Origin: Chromatiales bacterium
GTDB lineage: Bacteria; Pseudomonadota; Gammaproteobacteria; SZUA-152
Length of the DNA: 64,000 bases
Direction: 5' to 3'
Assembly: GCA_026982555.1 (NCBI GenBank)
Contig: JALSGT010000062.1
Span: 2,610 to 66,609, forward strand
Position numbers and translations under genes: made by a program. A model generated the notes under the pieces. It made no database searches, was not told the origin of the DNA, and worked only from the letters and a program-made list of their open reading frames with translations. Shown in pieces: positions 19,132-29,065 of this stretch (position 1 is its first letter; each line of letters starts with the position of its first letter).

Positions 19132-20115
19132 ATGAGAGCACTGGTTCGTGCGGCAAGCGCAATTGTTTCTTCAAAGGGTGCTAATGCCAAATTGCTTATA
19201 TTACTTTACCATCGAGTACATCCGGTTGCTGATCCACTGCGTCCGGATGATGTGGACGCGGTTGCGTTTGATTGGCAGATGGAAGTTTTGGCACGCTATT
19301 TCACGCCATTGGCTCTGGATAATGCTATGGAGCTTCTTCGGCAAGGAAAGTTACCTGCCAATGCAGTCTGCGTCACTTTTGATGACGGTTATGCCGATAA
19401 CGTTGAGGTGGCGCTACCTATTCTGCAACGCTGGGCTGTACCCGCTACCTTTTTTCTGACCACTGGGTTTTTTGAGCATGGTTGCATGTGGAATGACCGT
19501 GTTATTGAATTATTGCGGAAAGTGGATACACCAAAGGTATCTCTATTAAACCTGGGGCTGGGTGAATACGAAATAACATCGATGGACGCGAGACTGCAAA
19601 TGGTGAATTCGGTGCTTCGTCAATTAAAGCATTTGCCACTTAAGGAAAGAGATCAGCAGGTTCAGCGTCTTGAGAATGAATTGAATAGTGATGTTTCATA
19701 CTCCCCCATGATGAAAAAAGAGCAGGTGTCGGTATTGCTCAAGGCGGGAATGGGTGTGGGCGCACATACCGTTAATCATCCTATACTTGCGAAAATCAGC
19801 CTGGATGAAGCAAGGCAGGAAATTGAGTCAGGGAAACAACAGCTGGAGATGTTGACTGAAAAGGAAGTTACCCTGTTTGCTTATCCCAATGGGGCTCCAG
19901 GCAAGGACTATGGTGTGGAGCACGTTGATTTGGTAAAAGCGGCAGGTTTTGATGCTGCTTTTTCAACAGCCTGGGCGGCAGCACAACACACGGACGATTT
20001 TATGCAAATGCCGCGTGTGGGATCCTGGGATAATACGCGGTTTCGTTTTTATTTGCGTTTGGTGCGTAACTATCGTATCGGAAATGCAGAGCGTGTAGTT
20101 GTGGATGCCGGGTAA
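19132..20115 (+). CDS. Polysaccharide deacetylase (NodB homology domain)
   Basis: VCVTFDDGYADN (Asp-Asp metal/catalytic motif) and HTVNHP (His-His motif). Confidence 0.85.
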   Translation: MRALVRAASAIVSSKGANAKLLILLYHRVHPVADPLRPDDVDAVAFDWQMEVLARYFTPLALDNAMELLRQGKLPANAVCVTFDDGYADNVEVALPILQRWAVPATFFLTTGFFEHGCMWNDRVIELLRKVDTPKVSLLNLGLGEYEITSMDARLQMVNSVLRQLKHLPLKERDQQVQRLENELNSDVSYSPMMKKEQVSVLLKAGMGVGAHTVNHPILAKISLDEARQEIESGKQQLEMLTEKEVTLFAYPNGAPGKDYGVEHVDLVKAAGFDAAFSTAWAAAQHTDDFMQMPRVGSWDNTRFRFYLRLVRNYRIGNAERVVVDAG

Positions 20116-20128
20116 TATGCCTGTAGCA

Positions 20129-20153
20129 ATTGAACCTGAAATTCGCAGTTGAA
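20129..20153. repeat. Possible solo terminal-inverted-repeat remnant of the MITE family
   Basis: ttgaaCCTGAAATTCGCAGTTGAatgg aligns to the MITE left end ttaaaCCTAAATTCCGCAGTTGAccg with about 19 matches and two 1-nt indels. It lies between convergent genes. Confidence 0.4.
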
Positions 20154-20179
20154 TGGCCGGGAATTTTTTGGGTGGACTA

Positions 20180-22027
20180 TTACTCGTGTGCCTGAAGCCA
20201 AAGCTCAAGCATCATGAACACCCAGATTGCTGTGCCGTAATATGCGGCGTGTTCATCGCGATGTTGACGCGTCAGGTTGTCAATAAATTCAGGGCGAACA
20301 AAGTCCCGGCGTTTCAGGTCCGTCAAACTATCCTTTGCGAGTTGCTGTAGCTGGGGGTGGGAGGACAACCAGATGCCAAAGGGCAGCCCAAAACCGTGTT
20401 TGCTTTTGCTTTGTACCTGCGGCGGTAAAAAATCACGCAGCGCTTCTTTGAAAAAATAACGCAGCTTCAATCCCTTAACCTTGAAGTCAGGTGGAATGCG
20501 GGTTGAAAAGTCAATGAGGTTGTCTTGAAGTAACGGAAACTGTGCATCAACGCCTGCCAGTGAACACATGCGTGTGACCTTGCGAAGATCATTGTCAGCC
20601 AATACCTGTTTCCATTCGAGGTAGAGCATGCGATTGATGATGGAATCACTGCGGGTATTCGCGTATCGCTCGCGTTGGAGTTTCTGTGGGTGATCAGTGT
20701 CGATTGAGGAAAGAAAATTGTCAGTGAATACTTCTTTGGCGACAATGCGATTGATAAAATTGTAGCTTTCCAAACGATCAGGCAGTGGAATGTTGGCTTG
20801 TTCGATATAACTGCGGGCTTTGCGGATGGGCATGATATTTTTGCCACCGGGAAAGGCAAAAACCAAAGGCTCCAGCAGTCGGCTTCGCAGCATTCCCGGT
20901 GCGCAGCCATAAAACTCAAAAATCTTTTGTTGCGCGTACCGTTCGTTTCCTCCGAATAATTCGTCACCGCCATCACCGGACAACAGGGTATCGGTACCAT
21001 CATTTTTTGCCAGCAGTGCGCAAAAATAGGTGGGTACCGCAGAGGCATTTCCAAAAGGCTCATCATAGGCGCTGGCGATACGGGGAATCAAATCACAGAC
21101 ATCTTCCGGTGTGACATAGTATTCATGATGAAGGGTGCCATAAAATTTTGATGATGCACGGGCGTAATCCATTTCATCGTAGCCTTTGGCGGCAAATCCG
21201 ATGGAATATGTGTTTACCGGTTTTCCCAGTACTTTTCCAAGCATGCCGGATACCGCAGAACTATCCACACCTCCGCTGAGAAATGCGCCGATTGTCCCCG
21301 TCGTGTCCGTACAGTTTTTTACTGCCGACTGTAGCTCGCTATAGAGTTCATTTTTGAAACGTGAAAAATCACCGTGTTTGGCATCATTAAAGCGGGGGTT
21401 CCAATAGGTCTCTATTTCCAGTTTTCCACGTTTAAAATGTGCGTACTGTCCGGGCAGTAATTTTTGTTGTTCGTGATAGATGGTGCCAGGGCTGGGAACG
21501 GCGTGAAAAAACAGATAAGAGAAAATGTGTTGATTGTCGATGGTGGCGTCCATTTCCGGGTGTTGCCGAACGGCATCGGCAGTGGAGCCAAAAACCAGTC
21601 CACCCTGCGTTGTTTGTCCGTAACACAGGCGCTGGATTCCTATGCGATCAATGGCCAGTATTGCTTCGTTTTTATTATTGTCAATAATGGTAAGCTCGAA
21701 GGAGCCATGCAGATAATTGAGGAGTTTTGGGCCGTGCTGTTGGTAGGCATTCATCAGCGTGGCGGCATGTCCCTGCTCTTGTGCCTGTGCTGAAAAGTTT
21801 TCATCCAGCCAGATGGGTTGGCCGATCATTGAAATGATCAGATCGTTGCTTTCGAGAAAATGCAGGCGATCTTCCCTGGCCTGCACAAGCAGTGCTTGCG
21901 AACCGGATTTTTTCGTTACAGAATGCGTCACTGGCGCGGGAACCAGTCCGCAGGCCATGGTGTTCAGTAAGGTTGTGGAAGTGTATTTATTACACTCCAG
22001 GTTCATCCAGCCACAAATTCCAGTCAT
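20180..22027 (-). CDS. Asparagine synthase (glutamine-hydrolysing) family amidotransferase, second copy
   Basis: PP-loop FLSGGVDSSAV and GDGGDELFGG. The N-terminus reads MTGICGW, so the catalytic-type Cys is residue 5 rather than 2. Confidence 0.88.
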   Translation of the reverse strand: MTGICGWMNLECNKYTSTTLLNTMACGLVPAPVTHSVTKKSGSQALLVQAREDRLHFLESNDLIISMIGQPIWLDENFSAQAQEQGHAATLMNAYQQHGPKLLNYLHGSFELTIIDNNKNEAILAIDRIGIQRLCYGQTTQGGLVFGSTADAVRQHPEMDATIDNQHIFSYLFFHAVPSPGTIYHEQQKLLPGQYAHFKRGKLEIETYWNPRFNDAKHGDFSRFKNELYSELQSAVKNCTDTTGTIGAFLSGGVDSSAVSGMLGKVLGKPVNTYSIGFAAKGYDEMDYARASSKFYGTLHHEYYVTPEDVCDLIPRIASAYDEPFGNASAVPTYFCALLAKNDGTDTLLSGDGGDELFGGNERYAQQKIFEFYGCAPGMLRSRLLEPLVFAFPGGKNIMPIRKARSYIEQANIPLPDRLESYNFINRIVAKEVFTDNFLSSIDTDHPQKLQRERYANTRSDSIINRMLYLEWKQVLADNDLRKVTRMCSLAGVDAQFPLLQDNLIDFSTRIPPDFKVKGLKLRYFFKEALRDFLPPQVQSKSKHGFGLPFGIWLSSHPQLQQLAKDSLTDLKRRDFVRPEFIDNLTRQHRDEHAAYYGTAIWVFMMLELWLQAHE

Positions 22028-22149
22028 TTAAATTGGGTCAACTTTCTTTGGGGGAACGCCTGTCAGTGTCACGTTGGTGAACACTGGAACGAAAGCAGCG
22101 GCATTGCTCAGCGCTTTCCGAAACAGCGATTCCTTGAGTATGGTGTCAG

Positions 22150-22887
22150 TTATTGTTTCTGTTGGTCTTCTTGCTGTAGATGCGCACTTTTTTGTTTTTC
22201 GGGGATATCTTTCCATGCCCCGAGTTTTTTCAGTTTGTTTTTTAGTCCGGGGAGAGGGAAACCCATGGAATAAGCGATGTGGGCGTGCTTCAGTGCAGCC
22301 GGATAATCATTTCTTTCAATCAGCAGAAGTCCGAGATTATAGTGTATTTCAGAATTGTTCGGTGTTATTGACAGTGCTGACTCATATTGCTCCTGGGCTT
22401 TCGCGTATTTTTTTTGCTTGTGCAGATAAATGGCATAAAGCATAGGTGCCGTGGCATCCACTGGCCGGGGTTTCGGTGACGGTTTGTACTCGATAGCTTT
22501 TCGGAAATAGTATTCAACGTTTTTGTCCGGCGGGTGCGGGTATTCCGGCAGCCAGCGAGCCATGAATTGAAGACCTTGCGGGTGGTTTGGAAACCAGCGC
22601 AGAATGAAGTCAATCTCTCCCCAGATATTGTAATGCTTTCCTCCCGTGTATCCATTGGTCACCTGGTTCTGAGCGGGTACCAGATGATTGGAGTTTACTG
22701 AGCGAAGATACTCATGTGTCCACGAACTCGTGTCGTAGTAGTCATTAGGACCGCCTTCCACAATTGCCTGGACATTGGCAGGAATCAGTACATACAAAGC
22801 GAGAAAGATGATGAACGGCTTGATAAGCCCTGGATGTGAGTTTTTGTTGTATGGGCAAATCGTCGGCGGGTAAAGAGTATTGTCCAT
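22150..22887 (-). CDS. TPR-repeat protein with N-terminal signal/anchor
   Basis: Hydrophobic segment PFIIFLALYVLIPANVQA. C-terminal TPR-like repeats (AIYLHKQKKYAKAQEQYESALSITPNNSEIHYNLGLLLIERNDYPAALKHAHIAY). Confidence 0.6.
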   Translation of the reverse strand: MDNTLYPPTICPYNKNSHPGLIKPFIIFLALYVLIPANVQAIVEGGPNDYYDTSSWTHEYLRSVNSNHLVPAQNQVTNGYTGGKHYNIWGEIDFILRWFPNHPQGLQFMARWLPEYPHPPDKNVEYYFRKAIEYKPSPKPRPVDATAPMLYAIYLHKQKKYAKAQEQYESALSITPNNSEIHYNLGLLLIERNDYPAALKHAHIAYSMGFPLPGLKNKLKKLGAWKDIPEKQKSAHLQQEDQQKQ

Positions 22888-23161
22888 TTTTGTTGGCGAC
22901 CTTTGAAAGGAGGGTTCCTCAATAATCAGTTTTATTGGCTGTGGATTTCGGTCGGGAAAACCGGTGCCTCATCAAGTTGCTCACGGGAGCTATTCTATTG
23001 CAAAAAAATGGGATAGTACAGAGAACGATTGAGTTGTTCCTGTTGCATATTATCCGTATTATTGCGGGGATGGTGGCAGCGGGTGTCGCCGTATCGATTA
23101 CAGAATGATCAACATTATTTTTGGCACGACTGGCGAGTGATGCAAGCTATATCCGTGGTGT

Positions 23162-23291
23162 TTGAGATTTAGGCTTTTAGTGTGCGTCATATTCATGGCA
23201 AGGCGAAATGACGAGTAATAGCCGGACTATTGCGAGGAGTTTCAACGATGCCATGGAATGAAGAGGGCGTACAATAAAACCTAAATCTCAA
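23162..23291. repeat. Short inverted-repeat element sharing a roughly 40-nt internal module with MITE copies A and C
   Basis: The ends ttgagatttaggc ... acctaaatctcaa are inverted repeats. The internal ggcaaggcgaaatgacgagtaatagccggactattgcgagg is the reverse complement of cgcaatagcgggctattactcctcatcgcgccttgcc in copy A, at about 35/40 matches. Confidence 0.45.
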
Positions 23292-23302
23292 TCGCTACGG
23301 GT

Positions 23303-24487
23303 ATGCATATGATGGGCGCAGGAAAAGCACAGATGCCATCGGGCAGACTGATTATCCTTGGAGCCAGCGTGACTGCGCTGGCCATTGTGCGTAATGCCGC
23401 CGCCATTAATGTGACCCCGGTGTTGCTGGATACCCGTGAGGGCGTTGCTTTTCGGTCTTCGCTGGCACAGTCATTTTATTGTGACGGATATGACGACAGT
23501 GAGGTGTTGCACACGCTGCTGGCGATGGGCCGGGCCGGACAAGGGGCGCTTATCGCAACCAGTGATCGCTGGATTGATTTTCTGGTGGTTAATCGCACTC
23601 AACTGGAACAGGTTTTTGATCCGCTGCTTCAGGCCAGTAATGATGTTTTGTCAATTTGTACTGACAAACTTCGGTTTGCGCACTGGTGTGATGAAAATAA
23701 TGTGGCAGCTCCGCTTTTGCACCAGGTTAATGAACTGGGGTTGTTGTCGGAGGCAGAAGAACATTATCCGCTACTGGTGCGTCCGTACAAAGGCGTGATG
23801 AATTCATCGGCTCATGGGCTTCCCAAGGCGGTAGAAGTGGTTGATCGCACGGCGCTTCAGCAGTGCCTGAAAAAATTTCGTGATGCACAGGTTCAGCCCA
23901 TTGTTACGCAATCGCTGCTCGGTCTTGATTTAACACAATATTCCGTCGGGCTGGCACGCAATGACAAACGAATGGTGAGCTTTGTTGCGGAAAAGTTACG
24001 GCCTGTTGCGAGCCAGTGTGCAGTGGGTTGCTATGTGGCGTTACGTGAAAACCCCGTGGTGGAAAAGTTGGCGCGTGATGTGGCGGATCATCTCGATTAT
24101 TTTGGTATTGCAGAGTTTGAAATTCTGCATGCAAAAAAAACCGGGGAAAATTATTTGATCGAGATTAACGCCCGACCCTGGATTCAATATGAACTCGGCC
24201 TCCGGTCGGGACATAATTTGTTGCAGGTTCTCCTGGATACCCCGGTCTGTGATGTTTCCCCGGAAAAAAAATCCGGTATCTACTGGCTGGATTTCAATGA
24301 CGACCTGTTTAATTGTTTTTCCCGCAGTGTGGGTATCGTGCGCAAAGGGGAGGTCTCTTTGTTTCGCTATTTTGTTTCGTTGCTGCGGGCCAATGCTTTT
24401 GCAAAGTGGCACCTTCGGGATCAACGGCCATTTTGGTGGGCGATGGGTCGCTCAATATCTGACATTTTTACTCGTGGCCGTCGTTGA
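23303..24487 (+). CDS. ATP-grasp domain protein (carboxylate-amine ligase-like)
   Basis: YPLLVRPYKG, GIAEFEIL and YLIEINARPW are typical ATP-grasp motifs. Confidence 0.7.
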   Translation: MHMMGAGKAQMPSGRLIILGASVTALAIVRNAAAINVTPVLLDTREGVAFRSSLAQSFYCDGYDDSEVLHTLLAMGRAGQGALIATSDRWIDFLVVNRTQLEQVFDPLLQASNDVLSICTDKLRFAHWCDENNVAAPLLHQVNELGLLSEAEEHYPLLVRPYKGVMNSSAHGLPKAVEVVDRTALQQCLKKFRDAQVQPIVTQSLLGLDLTQYSVGLARNDKRMVSFVAEKLRPVASQCAVGCYVALRENPVVEKLARDVADHLDYFGIAEFEILHAKKTGENYLIEINARPWIQYELGLRSGHNLLQVLLDTPVCDVSPEKKSGIYWLDFNDDLFNCFSRSVGIVRKGEVSLFRYFVSLLRANAFAKWHLRDQRPFWWAMGRSISDIFTRGRR

Positions 24488-24513
24488 AAGGCTGTGAGGA
24501 TTCGGAGCGGTGT

Positions 24514-25755
24514 ATGTCCAAACGTGTATTGATGGTGGCATTTCAGTTTCCTCCCTTTCAGGGAAGTAGCGGTATTCATCGCACCTTGAGTTTTTGCCGG
24601 TATTTACCGGAAAACGATTGGCAGCCATTGGTGCTGGTACCAAAGGCGCGCGCCTATCCGCGTCAGTCGGATGACTTGTTAGGTAAGATCCCCAAGGAAC
24701 TGGTGGTGAAAAAAACCTTTGCTCTGGATGCTGCGCGAGATTTGGCCATCATGGGCCGGTATCTGCGCTGGTCGGCCATTCCGGATCAGTGGGCGAGCTG
24801 GTGGTTCAGTGCGGTGCCTGCCGGACTGCGGATGATCAAACAGTATCGCCCGCAGGCTATCTGGTCCACTTATCCCACCTCGTCAGCACATATGATTGCG
24901 ATGACTCTGCAACGGATTAGCGGCCTGCCCTGGATTGCCGATTTTCGCGATCCCATGATTTATGAAAGTTTTCCCACGGAACCCGTGACTCGCCGCAGCC
25001 GCTCCTGGCTGGAGCGAAAAACCTTGCAGAATTGTACCCGGGCGGTGTTTGTCACCCCCAGTGCGCGAGCGCTGTATCGCGAGCGCTATCCGTCATTGCC
25101 GGACTCGCGTTTTGCGTTGGTTTCCAATGGTTACGATGAAGAAAGTTTTTCGTCGTTGTCAGAGGCGGTACCCGCATCAACGGATGTCAACAGGCCGCTT
25201 GTGCTGGTACACAGTGGTCTGCTGGAGCCGCAAGACCGTAATCCCGAACCGTTCTTTGCCGCGCTGGCAAAATTGCTGGAGCAGGGGAGCATTCAGCGGA
25301 AAAAACTGAAGGTCATCTTGCGTGCGAGTGGTGATGCATTACTGTACCAGGAACAGATCAAGGCGCGTGGTCTGTCCGATGTGGTAACGCTGGAGCCTCA
25401 TTGCTCCTACCAGCAGGCTCTGGAGGAAATGCTTTCCGCCGATGGCCTGCTGGTGTTTCAGGGACCGGATTGCAATCGACAAATCCCCGGCAAGATTTAT
25501 GAATATATCCGTGCCCGCAAACCTATTTTATCACTGGTGGATATGCAGGGTGATACAGCGCAACTGTTGAAAACTCTCGGCATTGATACCTATGCAAAGA
25601 TTGACGATGCAGAGAGTATTGCCCAGGCATTGGATCGTTTTATCACATTGGTGGGGCAGGGCCAGGCACCCGTGGCAAGTGAAGAAGATGTACTGCGGTT
25701 TTCACGTCACCACAAGGCGATTGAATTGGCGCAGTTATTGGATTCCGTCCTGTGA
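24514..25755 (+). CDS. Probable GT-B fold glycosyltransferase
   Basis: VLMVAFQFPPFQGSSGIHRTLSFCRYL N-terminus and a Rossmann-like C-terminal half (LVLVHSGLL ... IYEYIRARKPILSL). I prefer the ATG at 24514 to the overlapping TTG at 24484. The family call is by resemblance only. Confidence 0.55.
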   Translation: MSKRVLMVAFQFPPFQGSSGIHRTLSFCRYLPENDWQPLVLVPKARAYPRQSDDLLGKIPKELVVKKTFALDAARDLAIMGRYLRWSAIPDQWASWWFSAVPAGLRMIKQYRPQAIWSTYPTSSAHMIAMTLQRISGLPWIADFRDPMIYESFPTEPVTRRSRSWLERKTLQNCTRAVFVTPSARALYRERYPSLPDSRFALVSNGYDEESFSSLSEAVPASTDVNRPLVLVHSGLLEPQDRNPEPFFAALAKLLEQGSIQRKKLKVILRASGDALLYQEQIKARGLSDVVTLEPHCSYQQALEEMLSADGLLVFQGPDCNRQIPGKIYEYIRARKPILSLVDMQGDTAQLLKTLGIDTYAKIDDAESIAQALDRFITLVGQGQAPVASEEDVLRFSRHHKAIELAQLLDSVL

Positions 25756-27021
25756 TGTGACATCCATGCGTTTTTGTGAGACCCGTTTTTGTATCTTTGT
25801 GATGACCTGTGGATTATTGGCCACATAGGCTTGGGCAGCAGCCCGTTGCCGGGTCAAGTGCTGCTCAATGTTTGCCACTGATATCAGAGACCCAAACTCA
25901 AGTTTAACGGTATCTTTCGGGCAATCATTGCCAAGCATCCGGTTCAGCATCAGGTCACCTAATTCTTTGCGGTAATGAGCCGGTTCCCAAAACCAGTTCA
26001 TAACATCTGCTGGTTTTTTATCCACAGGCTCAGCTTCGGTTGTGTAGGCGTTGTAGCCGCTGAAATCCCAAATGACATCGTGGCTATAACCGTCAGTGAG
26101 TTTGACAAGTTCCCGTTTCCATTGCTCGAATAACGGCCACTTGCCTGTCTGGCGAATACTTTCCAGATACTGGGCATGGTAGGGATTTATAAATAAAATA
26201 AGTTCGGCACTGTGTTTTTTACTGGTTTCCATGAGCTGTTTCAATGCTTCGAAGTCACGAGACCAACGGGTGCCTGCATGATATATCGACCAGTTTTTTC
26301 CCAGCAGTGTGGATATGACCTGGTCGTTTTTCTGTCGAAACAAAACAGCTTGACCTTCACTGTGAATAATATCCAGATAGTCCCTGGCGGGGTTGAATCC
26401 CCATTCTGTCTGATTGCTGGCATTGATGTTGCCTTGAGAGGCGATGGTTTGAAGTGAGTCTTCCAGGGTATCTAACGAAAGCACAGTGGTCACGTAATCC
26501 CGAATGGATTGCCGCCAGTATGTGTCATTATCCTGACCTGTTGCGGTGACGGATAACCGGTGTTCAAATTCCCTGACTGCCGGAGGCCACTGGTAGGGGT
26601 CAGCATGATTTTCCGGAGCAACCAGGAAATCAAGAAAATCGACCCCGACAATCATCAGCTTTGCCGGGGTGCTGGCAAGTGCATGTTGTGTTTGGCGCAT
26701 CTGCATGTATACGCTGGCTCCCGGGGTTGTCAGACTATAAACCGGTCGTTTTTCAACAGGCCAGCATTCATGATCAGGATCAAGTCCCATCTCCGGCCGG
26801 GAATTCCCGATAATCAATGCATGTGGCTGAACGCGGGTGACCTGATAAGGTTTGACAACCCGGACTCTTGTGTTTGCTGTCGGTTTCTTTTCATTAAACC
26901 CCGATATCCGGGCTGTACCGAACAAACCATAAGGGTCTACCAGATAGTTGAATCCCGCTGTTGTGATGAGCAACAGCAGAAGCACTATTATCCATGAGCG
27001 AAGAAAATGTTTGGGATTCAT
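25735..27021 (-). CDS. Periplasmic partner protein of the MBOAT O-acyltransferase (DltD/AlgJ-like role inferred)
   Basis: I moved the start to the ATG at 27021 (MNPKHFLRSWIIVLLLLLITTAGF signal anchor), 7 nt after the MBOAT stop. The track's longer ORF would overlap the MBOAT gene by 143 nt. The function is inferred from its position downstream of an AlgI-like gene. Confidence 0.5.
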   Translation of the reverse strand: MNPKHFLRSWIIVLLLLLITTAGFNYLVDPYGLFGTARISGFNEKKPTANTRVRVVKPYQVTRVQPHALIIGNSRPEMGLDPDHECWPVEKRPVYSLTTPGASVYMQMRQTQHALASTPAKLMIVGVDFLDFLVAPENHADPYQWPPAVREFEHRLSVTATGQDNDTYWRQSIRDYVTTVLSLDTLEDSLQTIASQGNINASNQTEWGFNPARDYLDIIHSEGQAVLFRQKNDQVISTLLGKNWSIYHAGTRWSRDFEALKQLMETSKKHSAELILFINPYHAQYLESIRQTGKWPLFEQWKRELVKLTDGYSHDVIWDFSGYNAYTTEAEPVDKKPADVMNWFWEPAHYRKELGDLMLNRMLGNDCPKDTVKLEFGSLISVANIEQHLTRQRAAAQAYVANNPQVITKIQKRVSQKRMDVTSQDGIQ

Positions 27022-27028
27022 GTTGTGC

Positions 27029-28618
27029 TTAAAATTGGAAGTAGAGGAATTCTGACACGCTGGACAGAGAGAGCAGCCCGCAGGCGGAGGTGATGGCAAT
27101 GAATATTCCCCATGTCCGGGTTGGCTGCCATGTTGAACGCTTTTCCAGTATTTTCGTGAGTTGAAGGGCATCAGCGACGCCGGATTTGTGTTTATTGAAC
27201 GCAGGGGAAAAATGTCTCATTATTTCCTGTGTATTCGGCATAAACAGCGCAATGAACAGCAGTGCGATTATCCATAAATAGGTGAAGAGAAATTGAGATC
27301 CTCCGCCGAGATAAAATGTCATTCCCAGATCATTGAGAAGTGTCTGGAAACCACCCATGCGGATGGCGATGGCATTGGGGATGGCAAACCCGTTCTGCCC
27401 GCTCATACCTTCCAGAATAGCAATGGCTGACGATAAATCGGATGCGCGAAAAAAGACCCAGCCGATAACAACGCAGAAAAAGGTGAGTCCCCAGGCCGCG
27501 ATTTTATAGAACGGGGCTGCCCGTCCTGCGGTAAGGTTCAGCGTGCTTTGTATTTTCCGCCAGCCATGGTTGACGGCCAGGTATATGCCGTGCAGACCAC
27601 CCCATATCACAAAAGTCCAACCGGCCCCGTGCCAAAGTCCACCTAACAACATGGTGATCATCATGTTGGAATAGCGCCGATAGTGTCCTTTTTTGTTGCC
27701 GCCTAACGGTATGTATACATAGTCCCGCAAAAAACGTGAAAGGGTCATATGCCATCGACGCCAAAACTCCGAGATGCTGGTGGCCTTGTAGGGCGAATGA
27801 AAATTCAGGGGGAGTTTGATGCCAAACATGCGTGCTGCACCAATGGCCATATCGGAATAGCCGGAGAAATCAAAATACAGTTGCAGGGTATAGGCAAGGG
27901 CACCGCCCCATGCCTCGAAAAAGGTTAATGTTTCACCTTGTGCGGCGGCATCAAAGACGGGACTTGCATATACGGCGATACCATCTGCCAGCACCACTTT
28001 TTTGAAAAGGCCAATGGAAAAAATGGCGATGCCGACAGATAAATCATCTGCGTTGAAGCGCAGTGTTTTTTTCGACATGAATTGCGGGAGCATTTCCCGG
28101 TGATGCACAATGGGACCGGCGATCAGCTGCGGGAAAAAGGTGACGAACAGGGCGTAGTGTAAAAATTTGAACTCACTGGTTATGCCTTTGTGAGCATCAA
28201 TCAGGTATGCAATTTGCTGGAAAGTGAAGAAAGAAATAGCCAGGGGAAGTATGATGGTTTCCAGTTGAAAAGAGGTTTCTGCGACAATATTAAAATTTGA
28301 AACGAAAAAATTGGCATACTTGAAATAGCCGAGCGCCCCAAGATTTGCGACTATTCCAATGGTTAACAGAATTTTCCCCTGTCGCACAGCACCATTCGAG
28401 TGATGACGAGCCAGTAATTTTCCCATGCCATAATTAATGACCATGGATAAAATAATCAGTGCCAGATAGGTAACACTCCACCATGCATAGAATATCAACG
28501 AAGCGGAAACCAGCCAGGCGATAGCGGGCTCATGACCGTACCGGGAAATGACAAAGAAAAAGACTGCCAGGGTTATGGGAAGAAAGGCGAGAATGAACTC
28601 ATAAGAGTTAAAGAGCAT
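27029..28618 (-). CDS. MBOAT-family membrane O-acyltransferase (AlgI/PatA-like)
   Basis: Polytopic. FWRRWHMTLSRFLRDYVYIPLGGN and the invariant-His region LLGGLWHGAGWTFVIWG. Confidence 0.9.
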   Translation of the reverse strand: MLFNSYEFILAFLPITLAVFFFVISRYGHEPAIAWLVSASLIFYAWWSVTYLALIILSMVINYGMGKLLARHHSNGAVRQGKILLTIGIVANLGALGYFKYANFFVSNFNIVAETSFQLETIILPLAISFFTFQQIAYLIDAHKGITSEFKFLHYALFVTFFPQLIAGPIVHHREMLPQFMSKKTLRFNADDLSVGIAIFSIGLFKKVVLADGIAVYASPVFDAAAQGETLTFFEAWGGALAYTLQLYFDFSGYSDMAIGAARMFGIKLPLNFHSPYKATSISEFWRRWHMTLSRFLRDYVYIPLGGNKKGHYRRYSNMMITMLLGGLWHGAGWTFVIWGGLHGIYLAVNHGWRKIQSTLNLTAGRAAPFYKIAAWGLTFFCVVIGWVFFRASDLSSAIAILEGMSGQNGFAIPNAIAIRMGGFQTLLNDLGMTFYLGGGSQFLFTYLWIIALLFIALFMPNTQEIMRHFSPAFNKHKSGVADALQLTKILEKRSTWQPTRTWGIFIAITSACGLLSLSSVSEFLYFQF

Positions 28619-29065
28619 GTATGTTAGTTCCTTCGATCATATTGTCTTTGCTCAGCATTCCTGATTTGAAAAGTCTTTGACGTGGGAGCAGGTCGAGATT
28701 CAGAAGAGGTGTATGGAATCCGCGAATGTTGAATCCCAGCCTAATGCATATAGCATTACTGACGGCGCCCTTAATTATTTTTTTGGTTGCATTGACGTTA
28801 GCCGGGAATTGTACCGCAGGAGTCCGGGCATAGAAACCGGGACAGCCGACGGACAGTATTGGACCAGGGGATTAATTTTTGATAGGCCAGGAAAGGTACG
28901 GTGTTTTAGATCCCCAAATCCCCAGATAACACCGATTCCGCCAACCATTTGAATTTGTTTGAGTAAATTCCCGGGCGCTCGTGTCATTTTTTATAAGTAA
29001 ATAGCCGGTCATTCCAACACCAAAAGCCGAAACGGTCATCCAAAATACGATACCCATCGATATAC

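Noticed and set aside
25735-27171. The track's 478-aa version of the MBOAT-partner ORF, which overlaps the 3' end of the MBOAT gene by 143 nt.
   Set aside because: The N-terminal 50 residues are Pro/Ser/Cys-rich with no signal. An internal ATG at 27021 gives a clean signal anchor and starts 7 nt after the MBOAT stop, so I annotated the shorter form.
28775-29057. Two overlapping short minus-strand ORFs (28872..29057 and 28775..28987), each with a hydrophobic segment. They could be one frameshifted small membrane-protein gene downstream of the PDZ gene.
   Set aside because: I recognised no family. The join requires an assumed frameshift near 28985, and I can support neither a ribosome-binding site nor conservation. 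I left it unannotated as a possible decayed gene.
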